Source: Podarcis pityusensis
Taxonomy: Eukaryota
NCBI GenBank assembly: GCA_964106645.2
Contig: OZ067050.1
Reading direction: 5' to 3' (one strand)
DNA length: 64,000 nucleotides
Shown here: in pieces, positions 19,261 to 46,857 of the stretch
Layout: every line of letters begins with the position of its first letter
Numbering within the stretch: position 1 is the first letter of the stretch
Notes under the pieces: generated by a model
Seen by the model: only the letters and a program-made list of their open reading frames with translations
Database searches by the model: none
What the model was told of the DNA's origin: nothing
Position numbers and translations under genes: made by a program

Positions 19261-20639
19261 ATAAAGTTTTAATATTCAGTTTCTTTGGATATCCACAAGT
19301 TCTAGTGTTGGGGAGAGGAATGCCTGCAGTTGTTATGCTACAACCTTCTCTAGGCACCTTACTAATAATACACAACTGGTTGGTAGTTTCTCTGCATCAA
19401 AGGGTCCAGGGTGCCCTTGCCTTGTTGAGAACACTGGAGACCACCCTCTTAAACAGACATGCATTAACTAATAATAATAATAATAATATCTTTATTGTCA
19501 TTGCTCCCTTCGGGGACAACGAAATTACTTGACTGCTCCATAAAAACACTAATTAATCAATACAGTATAATACAGCAACTACATTCTGAACCTGCCCACT
19601 CACATATTTTCTGCTAGTTTTTATTAGCAAATGAGGGCGAGGAGCAAGAGAGCACATAGGGTAGTTAGACTCATTGCTGCAAGCACCCTGCCCACATCGT
19701 CAGGCCACATCAGCTGAAATTGATCCTACATCAGTTTAGACATGCATGGCCTTGGGCACCTCAACAGACTGCAACAACGAAGTCCTTCCAGAGTTCAGTG
19801 ACTCGGTCTTCAAGGTATAAAGCAAAAGGACCACAAAGACTTAGATTATCTAAACATAAGTATGCATCTAAATAAAAGAAGGGACCTCAAAACACATTTA
19901 GTCAGCTGATAGACAAAATCTGTGACTGCTCCATCCACTGTGGTTAAAACAGCTCATATCATCAGTAAGTTCTTTAAAATGTTTAATTGAAATCCACTTT
20001 CTTGTAATTTGAAGCTGTTAGTTTTGATCTACCCTGAATGACAGATGAATTTGTGCTATGTAATAGCAATTCAAAAATTCAAAAGTTGCTGCTCTGTTTC
20101 TTCTTAAACTAACCCTCCTCTGCATACCTACCTATTTTTCTAATAGGACTTGATCTCCTTCCCCTTCACTGTACTGGAGGTCTTCCTCTGAGCAAGCTCC
20201 AGTTTTTCATTAAACTCTAAATCAGGTTGTTGATAATACCTCCCCCCCCCCCACTTCTAATTCTTTGTGCAATATAATTCAGTGCAATATAAACTTCTGT
20301 CAAAGTAATAATGTAGAATGTATTCCTTGATCAAAGTCTTAACTTTTATAAATAAATACATTGAATTCTGAAAAAAAAAATGCAGAAGGATTGATCATAT
20401 CTGATTCATCATAGTTTCAGCTACTTTCATCAGACCAAAGTGGATAACAATTTTTTCTAACAAATGCTTTTGAAATTCAGTGCAGGGCTATTGCTAGTGG
20501 AATAGTATCAAGGCTGAGAGATACCCCTGTAAAAAAATCCCAGAGCAGTTCTGCCAGGCAACGCAGACAGTCCTCTAATGAAGGGTTCAAAAGTACTACT
20601 TTATGCGGGAGCTTGGAAAGTAACAGTTCCATTGCGGGA

Positions 20640-22120
20640 GGATGGCAAGGGGCTGCTACAGCAGGGGCGTGTGGCGCCGAGCCCTATGACATCACGCGCT
20701 GGCGTTATAGCATCACCGTGCGAGGTTGATGCCAAGAAAGTATGACATCATTGCATCACGTTTGTCTCCGTGAAACCATGACGTCACCCTGCGGAGGACG
20801 GAAGTGACTCTGAAGGCGGGGGTGTTGGTTTAAGGGAACACCCTCCACCTCGAACAGTCTCCAAGGGGCGGGTGGGCGGAAACAGAGGCTAACCGAAGGG
20901 ACTATTTCCTTTTCTTTTTCCAGCGGAGGGATTTTTTAAATGGGTCCATCAACGGAGAGGGCGGAGGGATATGACGCTGTGGGAGGAGTTGCGTGCCGTG
21001 CGCAGAGACGAAGGGGATCCGGCAGAGGCTGCTAGAGGGAGAGGGAGAGTCGGGGGGCAGCCGCGGAGACGGAGCGGGGAGGGGGCAAAGGACGGCCAGC
21101 CGAAAGGGCCCCCCACCCAGGCGCGAGCGGGACGGGAGCGCCACGCCAGCTCGCCTGCCGGCCTCCCTCCCTGCAGCCGGACCCTGCCAGCCAGCCACCC
21201 ACCCCTCCCCCATCCTTACTCACCTCACCGCTTCGGCCAATCAGCTGTGGGGGGGCCGCGACGATAGCGGAGGGTACCAGCCTCGCAGCCAATCAGCGCC
21301 AGGGGCTCGCGGGGCCGCTTGCCGCGAGCCTGGACGGAGGCGAAAAGGTGGGGTGAGTTGAAAAGCCCCCTCAACGGCCGGCGCTCTTAAAGGGACAGCT
21401 GGGGGGGGGGCCGCGAGAAGAGGGGGCACTTTCAGCCGGAGGACAACAACCCCCCCAACCGCCAGCGCCTGTCAATGGATTTAAAGGGAGCTCGGCCCTC
21501 TTAAAGGGGAGTTCTTCTCGGGCCCTCATTGTGGCTGAGAGGGAGGGGTGGCCCTTAAAGGTGAAATTCGGGTTTCTCCGGAGGACCTTGAACGCTGGAT
21601 CCTTAAAGGGCAGCGCAAGCTGACAAGGAGGAAAGAGAAATGCTTGGAGGGCTTTTCATTCCGGTCGTTGGGAGAGTCGGTGCCTGACAAGGGAGAACTT
21701 TAAATCCACATTCTTAAAGGGGAGGCCATGCTTTGGCAGGAAATGTGTGGCGGACTCAAAATCGAACACTCTTAAAGGGGAAATTGAGACACAGAGATCC
21801 GGACCCTTAAAGGCAAGGTCACACCCTGTGGGAGGAATACGGGAGGCCTCTTCTTCACGGACCGAGCTTCGCGAGGAGGAGGAGGAAGGTGTCGCTTCCC
21901 GGGAAAGCAGAAGAGGAAGAAGAGATGGCCCCGCGGAGCCGCTTCCCTCGCGGGGAGCCCTCGGCCGAGCGGAGGAAGTGAGTTGCCCTCTGGGCGGAAG
22001 CCGCTTGCCATTGTTGGCAGGAGCCACCTCCGCAGTCTTAAAGGGGAGGCTGCCCAGGCTGGCAGCTCCGTCGGGGGCGAACCCCCAATTCCCCTGAGGG
22101 AAAGTCGAAAGTGACAGTTT
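20640..22120 (+). promoter_or_regulatory. FBRS: FBRS CpG-island promoter and leader
   Basis: CRE TGACGTCA at 20779, CRE-like TGACATCA at 20687 and 20743, ATTGCATCA at 20750, ETS CGGAAGTG at 20799, GC boxes, and two GCCAATCAGC NF-Y boxes (CCAAT at 21237 and 21289). Confidence 0.7.
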
Positions 22121-22921
22121 CGTGGTTCATCTCCGGAAAAAAAAACCCACACAGATAGGCACTTAAAGCAAAGGCTTTCTTCAACCTGCAAGAAAGTTGC
22201 CATGCGCTGGGGTTTGTTTTAAAATTGGGTTTTACAAACAAACAAATATATATATATATATTTAAAAGCACACTGTGTCGCAGTTGGAGGGATGTAAAAC
22301 CCTTGTCCAAGGCGAGGGTGTTTTGACAGATTTCCTTCCCCACCCAAACAGGAGGCTCCATGTTAGAGAGAGATCTCTGTGCGCTGGCAGGGGCTGATTT
22401 TATGTAAAGGAAGAAAAAGTTATTGGATCACCTTCCGCTTCTTAGAGTTCTATGTTGAAAGTATTTAATTCTTTTTAATTTAATGGTCTTGCCTTTAAGA
22501 CAAAGACCAAAAACAAGCAGAAAAAACCAGAAGCTGCCATCCCTGTCACTTGAGAGGGAATTAAACTTGAATGAAAGGAGAGTTGCTTTGACTTTCCCAG
22601 AGCAAAGAGGATCCTCTTGTGTTGAGTAGGCTCTCTAAATGTAAATCAAGGAAAGGTTGCTGACAACTGTAAGGTGTAAAGGCCAAGGACTTTTTGTTTT
22701 GGCCACGAAATACAAAACCCCTTTTTTTACGGAAAAGAAGAGAGGAGTTTCGTTCTTGCTTTTCCAAGTGGCATCTGTGGAAGAACAAGGGCTCAGTTGA
22801 GAGCAGCTGCAATGCAACTGGCTGGGGAAGGGTGAAGAGTGTCCCCCCCCCACCTCCTTGCGTGTCTGCAGTATCCACAGGACACAACACGACACATTCT
22901 CTGTACCTCAAGGGGGGAACC

Positions 22922-39375
<16,454 letters not shown>

Positions 39376-40163
39376 TGGTGCTCTGGGACATGTGTGCACC
39401 TGTATCAAGCAGCTTCCCTTGTCTCCAGTGGACTGGTGGGGTCAGCGTGAGCCCTGGGCAGAGAAACGAGCCCCCCTTCCCCTTCCTGTCAGGCAGGGAT
39501 AAGAGTGCAGCTTCCTGCTGCCTTAACCCGAGGAGCACCCAGCCACCCCTCCCAGAAGGACTTTCGCCTCCTTCAGCTATGAATAGTTGGAACCTCTTCC
39601 AAGCTCAGGTTGGGGCTTAAGAGATACGGGGTGTGATGTCTCTGTTTTAGAGGTGTTTGTGGCGGAGGGAGGGCAGGAGTCGAGGGGCTGGTGTGCCCCC
39701 GGTTTGGGGTCCCGGTTTCTTCCCAGATCCCTCTTCCTAACAGGTTTTGTGTCTGCTTCCAGTATTCCTGCTGGGCTGAAATGGCTCTGGGGCGTGTTCT
39801 TCTCCCTCAATGGACTGATGGGAAAGCTGCTTTCAGGGGAAGGGGGAGGGCTGTATCTTGGGGCACCTCCCCCTGCCAGGCAGTGTAAATATTTATATAT
39901 TCTGCCCCAAGCAGGTGGGGGAAAAGGTTTTTTTGTACATTTATAAAAGGTTTGAGATTGTGATTTTAAAAGTGACTTCTCCCTCTTCTCCTGTCCTCCC
40001 CCCACGGCTCCCCTTGTTTTTACTGTACTGCTCTTTTCTATACCTGTATCCGCACCCTCTCCACCTCCCGGTCCCTTTCCTCCTTCTGTAATTGATCGGA
40101 AAGGTGCAGTGAGGAGGGTGCAATGCACTTGTCCAGTGCCCCTTTTCTTCCCCAGGTTGGTTA

Positions 40164-40169
40164 ATTAAA
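40164..40169 (+). terminator. FBRS: Candidate FBRS polyadenylation signal (ATTAAA)
   Basis: Variant hexamer about 790 nt after the stop codon, followed by a GU-rich tract at about 40197-40215. A second ATTAAA lies at about 40337. Confidence 0.45.
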
Positions 40170-41465
40170 CCCCAAACTGGTGCTTCTGGATTCCTCGGTG
40201 TGTGCGTGTGTGTCTTTGGATGGCAGGCGGGGAGGAGGGCAGGAGGAAGAGGAGGGGAAAGCACAAGACCTCTACAATCTTTCTCACTTGAATCTTGGGT
40301 GTTTAGCCCCATCCGTTGGAAGCAGGACACTATTAGATTAAAACTGGAGTTCTGAGAAAGGGAGGCTGGCACCCTGGACGAGTATAATTTTTGTAGCCCT
40401 TTAAAAGATGAAAGGGAACAAGATTTGGAGCCAAACTGTACACTGTTTGATCAAGATTCCCCCAAAAGCATCACATCTCCAGAGCAACTGTGGTTTTACA
40501 GTGGTTTTACAGGAGGTGAAACACTTTGGCATGAAGGCAGCATCAACAGTGTTTTTGCTTTGGAAGAGAAATGAAAGCCTCATTTTCGTCTCCCTCATCC
40601 CTCACTCTTTTGCTTTAGGGACAGAGTGATAAACCAGTGCAAGTGGCTGCCTGAAATTGAAAGTGGGTTTTCCATTTTCTTGCCGCCAGCTTTAATCCTT
40701 CCTGCACAAGTCCTAGACTTAGAGCCCAGCAGACAAAGCCCTTTCTCCAAAGCATGATCCCACACCCCAGAGGGCAACTTAAGAAATGCCCATTTAAAAG
40801 CTAACACCTGCCAGGAAGTTGGGCAAAATCAAATGGTCCAAGATACCTACATAGCAGACTTCGTAACTCCTTTGAAGTTGGGGCAAAGTATGTTTTGGTG
40901 CCTCTCACTTTGCATTGCTATAAGCCATGCCAAGACATTAAGGTAAATTTGGGCAGGTCTAACCCTAACCCCTACCAGTCATACCCAGAGGTTTCCCCAC
41001 CCAAGTGTGGTATCTCACTTTGCTAGCAACTATTGAACACTGAGCTAGATTTGATTGTTGCTCTAAGCAGCACTAAAAGCCCTAAGGATCTCTCTTTTTA
41101 CCCTAAAGGCTGGATTCTCATTACTATGAGTTGCCCTAGTATGATAAATCATGCCAAATGAGAGTGGAGGAGGAAGTAGGCCACTGATGCTGCTCGTAGC
41201 CTGGTTGCTTATGGCAAGGGACCTGTCCATAATCCGCTTTCAAACCAGTAGTCGTCAGTCTTCGACACCTCTGCCACAAACACTTCCTAATGCTGAGAAA
41301 GTACACAGAAAGGGCAGACATTTCCAAATCCTGTTCCGTCCTGGTATATTATAAAACTAGATTGGCAGTGTGGAATTGTTGTCATTGGGGAAATCCCCTG
41401 GCTATCACCAGCCTGAGATCTCTGATTCTGGAGTTTTGTTTCACATCCCGTCCAACTTGTTAACG

Positions 41466-41588
41466 TAAGGTTACCAGATTTTTTTCAATGAATCTGGAGA
41501 CACTTTTCATCTTCAATGGATTTTGTATGGGGGCTGATTTGTAAATCCGGGGACTGTCCCCGGGAAATGGGGACATCTGGTAACCCTA
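41466..41588. mobile_element. hAT-like MITE
   Basis: Terminal inverted repeats TAAGGTTACCAGAT and ATCTGGTAACCCTA. The 8-bp flanks tgttaacg and ccttaacg (6 of 8 identical) fit a decayed hAT target-site duplication. Confidence 0.65.
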
Positions 41589-43501
41589 CCTTAACGCCAT
41601 AGGCTGTTTGGGCTTTGTTAGAATCTGGGGGAAAGTGATAAAATATGTGGCATTACAGCCAGAAACGAGCCAAGCCCGGAACTACTACCAGGTTGCACGC
41701 TTATTTTTCTCCATTCTCAATTCAAAAGCCACATCTTGTTCATTGCAATCCCTTGGAAATCTCACTAAATACTGAATGGCCATGATTACATAAGTGGCAT
41801 ATATATTATTTGGTTTATACTCCTTGTATTTTCACAAAAGTTCTCCATTGCAGCAATTTTTTAATCTCTCTGATAAGAATAGGACTGAAGAGGTAGGTAA
41901 AATTGAAAGTTTCTTGTCTGTGAAGTTTGCTTTGTACTTTTCTGCTTTCTAGTGGTCTAAATGTTTGTCGCTGTCTCCAACCAGGAGGGAGCAAAGAATC
42001 TGGAGCGACAATGACTGGAATCCAAAATCTCTTTTAAAACCACTTTAATAAGAATGAACTTTTCTTTCCACTGCCAAGCCACAAATTTAGAGATTTTATC
42101 ATGTTCTAGGAGGTGATGCAGGGATCAGTTTTGCAGAAATGAGTGCAACTAGCCAAATGCTATATCCTAGGTTATTTTTATTTTTTATACATAAAAACAA
42201 ACAAAAAACCACCTACATGCCTGGTTCAGTTTGGACTGAGGCTCAGGTCTGAAACATGAAGTATTGGAAAAGTGTAGTAGTCCTTACTCTTGCCTTTTAT
42301 ACTCCACTGTCTACAAATTCACAAATTGAATTGGGTGGCAAAAGCTTTTAGGAAATCAGGAATCCTGCAGTTTTCAATCTAATTTGGGATTGTGTCTCCC
42401 AGCTTTTTAAAATGGTTTTATTTTTATATTTTTAACACACAAAGATACATGATCTCTTTGGGGTGGTACAGAATTATCCAGAAGACTGAGATGGATCTCT
42501 AATGTCCAATATTCTTGATGAGCTGTTTTGTATGATTTTTTTTAAAAAAACTGGTTAGATCAATAAAGGTTCCCAATTGTCCAAAAAACAAAATCCCTGT
42601 AGTAGTTTATAGCAAGTGATTTTTACTGTTAACTGACCTTTGTCAAATGGGAGCTAGTCCTTCAGAGTAGGCAAACTGACTCTTCCCATATTTTGTAATC
42701 AGAATATGCACTGTAACATGTAGGTTATTTAGTAAATATTGATGCTTTCATAATATGTTGCCAAAATATTCCCAATAACATAATTTCTGGTCTCAAAAGT
42801 AATACTTGTGAAAAAAGTTAAAGCAAGAGGTTTCCAAATGATAGCTGTCATTGGAAAGTAGTTATCACATATAGGAATGCTGTGGTTTTTTAAAAAATTG
42901 CCATGCGAACACCCCGAAGCTGCTAATACTACAGTCCTAATTCAATGGGACTTACTCCCAAGTAAGTATTGCATCTTAAACTGTACATCCTCTTTAAACT
43001 CAGTGGTGTTGATAACAAAAGATAAAAATTATTTCTGGGTTGAATATCCACTGAGATTTCTAGACCCCCAACACAGATTTCAACCTAGTCCCAAGTTAGG
43101 TCTATTGATTTAACTGACCTTGTTCTAAGTGTAACTAAAATTGGATACCATCCTATGACAATTTATTGTATAGTGAAAATGATTTTATAAACCCTTGGTA
43201 AAAACCTTCTGAGGTGTTGTCCTCATAATACATCCTCAGGAGTTCTTCTGCATATGTTTCCATTTGTTCCTTCAGAACTGGTTATCATTCATGGAATGTG
43301 TGGCTTTTTTCCTTTTATGATGAAAATAAAAGTTATCTGAAAGAAACATGTCACAGATGAAAGCATTTTAATGAATTGTTTAAAAACAGAAGAATCTAGT
43401 TCCAGCACACAATCAGCAAAGCTTGCATTTGTGTCTGCAACAAGCGGAGCTACATACAGCAGTGATAGAGAACTAATGCTTTAGGTCATGCTAGACCTAT
43501 A

Positions 43502-43840
43502 AAGGTAAAGGGACCTCTGACCATTAGGTCCAGTTGTGGCCGACTCTGGGGTTGCGGCGCTCATATCGCTTTATTGGCTGAGGGAGCCGGCGTACAGCTT
43601 CCGGGTCATGTGGCCAGCATGACTAAGCCGCTTCTGGCGAACCAGAGCAGCGCACGGAAACACGGTTTACTTTCCTGCCAGAGTGGTACCTATTTATCTA
43701 CTTACACTTTGACGTGCTTTCGAACTGTTAGGTGGGCAGGAGCAATGGGAGCTCACCCCGTTGCGGGGATTCAAACCACCGACCTTCTGATCAGCAAGTC
43801 CTAGGCTCTGTGGTTTAACCCAAAGCGCCACCCACGTCCC
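43502..43840 (-). mobile_element. Full-length Sauria SINE
   Basis: The minus strand begins GGGACGTGGGTGGCGCTTTGGGTTAAACCACAGAGCCTAG and ends CCCTTTACCTTT. Perfect 16-bp target-site duplication TCATGCTAGACCTATA at 43486-43501 and 43841-43856. Confidence 0.9.
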
Positions 43841-45049
43841 TCATGCTAGACCTATAGTTTGACTTAAATGTAAGGCAACATTGTATGGTTATCAGTTTAT
43901 ATTTAACTGGTTTTTTTTTAACAGCACACACACAAACTTACCAAGCTGCACTCCAATCCAGAAGTCCAAAACTTCCATGGGTTCATGCATCCTTTTTAAT
44001 ATCTGGGGGGGGGGGGGGAAGGCGACGACGGACGGACACACACACTCTCCCGTTATCACTTATAACAGTGGGACCTACGGAAGCAGTTAACAATTTTTTT
44101 TTTTACAGTTTAAAAATGACAAATAGAGAGGAATCTTGGGGAGGGGGCTGGATGCATCCTGTGGGCTGCAGGTTAGCTATTCCTGCTACACAGCATAGTG
44201 GTTTAAATAAATTAAAAGTTGCCATATATTCACAATAACAAATTGGCTTGATCAAAGATGCTAGTACTCGATATAGCTACAATTTTGCTAAAAATCCCTG
44301 TGTGTTTAGGACTGCAGCATTAACTTGGTTTATCCTCAGACTAAGTGGGAGGGTGTCCTAGCTAGCCATTAGTATTTGTTTTTTCCACTGCAGCCAATTA
44401 GTCAATGGCAGAGGTAGGACTTGAATATAGGCCTCTCACATATTAAGTCAAGTAGACATTGCATTATACAGTTTCTCTGTCCCCATTGTTTTATATTTGT
44501 TGGACAGGCCCAATCCTGAACCATCTATCCAGAATGGAAGTGAAGAAGAGCAAATATTTGTAAACGTCATCCCCTTATTTTATTTAGAAATTAACTATGA
44601 CTTATAGTTTTCAAAGCAATAAATACAGTAATAAAAAACATAATTAAAAATGAGTTTATAAGCAGGTAGCTGAAGGCTTTAGCATGAACCTAAAATGTTT
44701 ATTCAAAAGTAACATCTATTAAGTTCAATAGGGTTTACTGCCAACTGTGTGTGTAGGATAATAGTCTCAACCACATGAACATGAAAAGGTCTATGCTACA
44801 TCTAAAATGAAAATACTGGTTTTGAAATAACTTTCATATTTGCTTTAAGTGCCAATGAGTTTTTTCCCCTTCCTTTGCCAAGTTAGCCAGGCCCACTTTT
44901 GCATCTAACGTCAAAATTTGGAATTTGTTCCCTTTGGAGAAATCATGATTTCAAACTCAGAACTCATTGAAGCTCTGGAGTTCCCAATGCAGATTTATCA
45001 CCTGTAAAGTCAGGGTACTGGAAGTTTTGAAAGGAGCTCGAAATGTTGT

Positions 45050-46480
45050 CAACAACGTCTTGTCAACCTCGTTTTGCGCGACGGTGCGAGCACCCTCCCA
45101 TGTAAACAATATTCATTGAAACTTTCCTGACTTTCAAAGTCGCATCCGAAGTATCTGCGAGTCCTAGGGGAAGTGCATGTTTTCACGAGCCAAAGCTGCC
45201 TCTTCTCATTCATAAGTGCATCTTGTTTTGAGCACCTTCGAATAGTCGCGCCAGCCCGCCCAGCGAACAATTGGAAGAATTTTTGAGGAAAGACAAATCG
45301 AGTCCTCCCTCCCTCCGTCCGAAAGAGAGAGGGAGACTCCAAGCCCCAGCATCCCCCAGGACTCCATTTCCCAGCATGCCCTTCACTCGCGATGGCCTTT
45401 CCCTCGCCCCGCGGGCTCGTAGTCCCGCATCCCGCTCTATCTGATTGTGAGGGAGAAGAGCGCCGTCTTCCGCAATTCTTTTGGCCCGCGGCCTCTCGCC
45501 GGGACGCCGTCCTCCCCCGTGACGTGCCTGTGAGACACTTTGGGTTTGAGTTTCTTTTCTCTTTCTCCACGCACGCACACCCTCCTTCGCGTTACCCGAG
45601 CTCTCGCGAGACTTGAGCGCCGAGGCCGGCGGGTGGAGGGAGCGGTGGGAGGAGGGAGGGGCTGGCCCTGGCGCTTGGTGGTGGCGGCCGCCATTTTGCC
45701 GCGGCGGGTCGGGTCTGGCTCGGCGGGGCCTGGTTAGGGATCAGCATCCGGGTGGGAGGGGTGGGCGACGTGCCGAGGAGCACCGGCGAAGGCCGCGCAA
45801 AGGGAGAAGTCGCGCGGGAGAGGCCTGGGGGCCGCGGATGGCGGCGGATTCTCTCCGGCCGAGGCGGCGGCGCTGGGGCTGAGGCGGCGGCAGGAGGAGG
45901 CGGGGCAGGAGGCGCCTCCCCTCCCTCCTCACTCCTCCCCCCTCCCACCCAGGTAAGATGGCGGACCGGCCGGGGCTCTACTCCTCTCGCTCACACCCAC
46001 CTCCCTGGAGGGGTGCAAGTCTCTGCTTCGAGTCGGGAGGGAAAAGTGAGGAAACAGATAAGAGCGCGCGCGTGTGCCTGGTTGCCGGTGGTCGTGCGCG
46101 CGCGCGGCCTTTTACCTCCCCCGAACCTTCCTCTCTTCCATCGGTCATTTCCCTCCCCTACCTATAGAGGGCGCACTAATGGAGAGTGGTGGGGCGGGAA
46201 ATAAGAGAAAGGAGCCAATGTGGGAGCCGCACGCGCTTACCCAGCCAACGGCCGCTCTCAGTGCTGGCCTATTATTACTTCACCTACCGCCCTCCTCCCC
46301 CCCCCCGTCACCTCGTTTCCTCGCGCGCCGCGAAACCGACCAACCAACGGCCGCCTACTTCTCAGCGGGTGGGGGAGGGGCGAGCGGGGATTCTCGGGGG
46401 ACTAGGGAGGGAGGGCGAGGGAGGGAGGGCGAGGGAGGGAGGGAGGGTTTTGGGGGGAAACCGGGGCGGGGTCAAGGGGT
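45050..46480 (+). promoter_or_regulatory. SRCAP: SRCAP CpG-island promoter and exon 1 (donor at 45952)
   Basis: ZNF143-like GGACTCCATTTCCCAGCATGCC at 45359-45380, palindrome TCTCGCGAGA at 45602-45611 (BANP/CGCG element), YY1 GCCGCCATTTT at 45687, and strong donor CAG|GTAAGA overlapping a second YY1 site (AAGATGGCGG). Confidence 0.8.
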
Positions 46481-46857
46481 CAAAGGGAAAAGGTGGGAGG
46501 GAAAGGGTGACAAAGGGGTTAAAGGGTGGGGGGAAATCAAAGGGCATCGAACTTGTGCTGAAAAAGAAAGAAACTAGGCGTCAGAGGGGGAATCGCTTGT
46601 GATTAGGGTGCAATGAATGAATAAATGCAGGATTGCGGGTACAAGGATTGATTTTTAGTGGGGCGCAAGGGTTCTGAGAAAGGGTGGCAAGTTCAAAGGG
46701 TATTAGGGTATCATCTGGGACTTGAGCAGTTGCACTGCTCTAGGGTTTGGGTGGCTAGTGATAATACTTGAAAAGTTGGGAGGAGGTTGCAGTTACTTAG
46801 CACCATCAAAGTTTTGCAAGAAACCAGACCAGAAATAAGTGAAAGGTTAATGTGGTC

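Noticed and set aside
21387-22044. CRISPR-like repeat-spacer array
   Set aside because: The repeats are only 7-10 bp with irregular spacing, in a vertebrate promoter with no cas genes.
22694-22921. N-terminal extension of FBRS from the TTG at 22694
   Set aside because: The ATG at 22922 has a strong Kozak context and matches the expected FBRS N-terminus; the upstream peptide shows no family similarity.
40959-40973. Interstitial telomeric repeat (CTAACCCTAACCCTA)
   Set aside because: Only about 2.5 units, which is compatible with chance.
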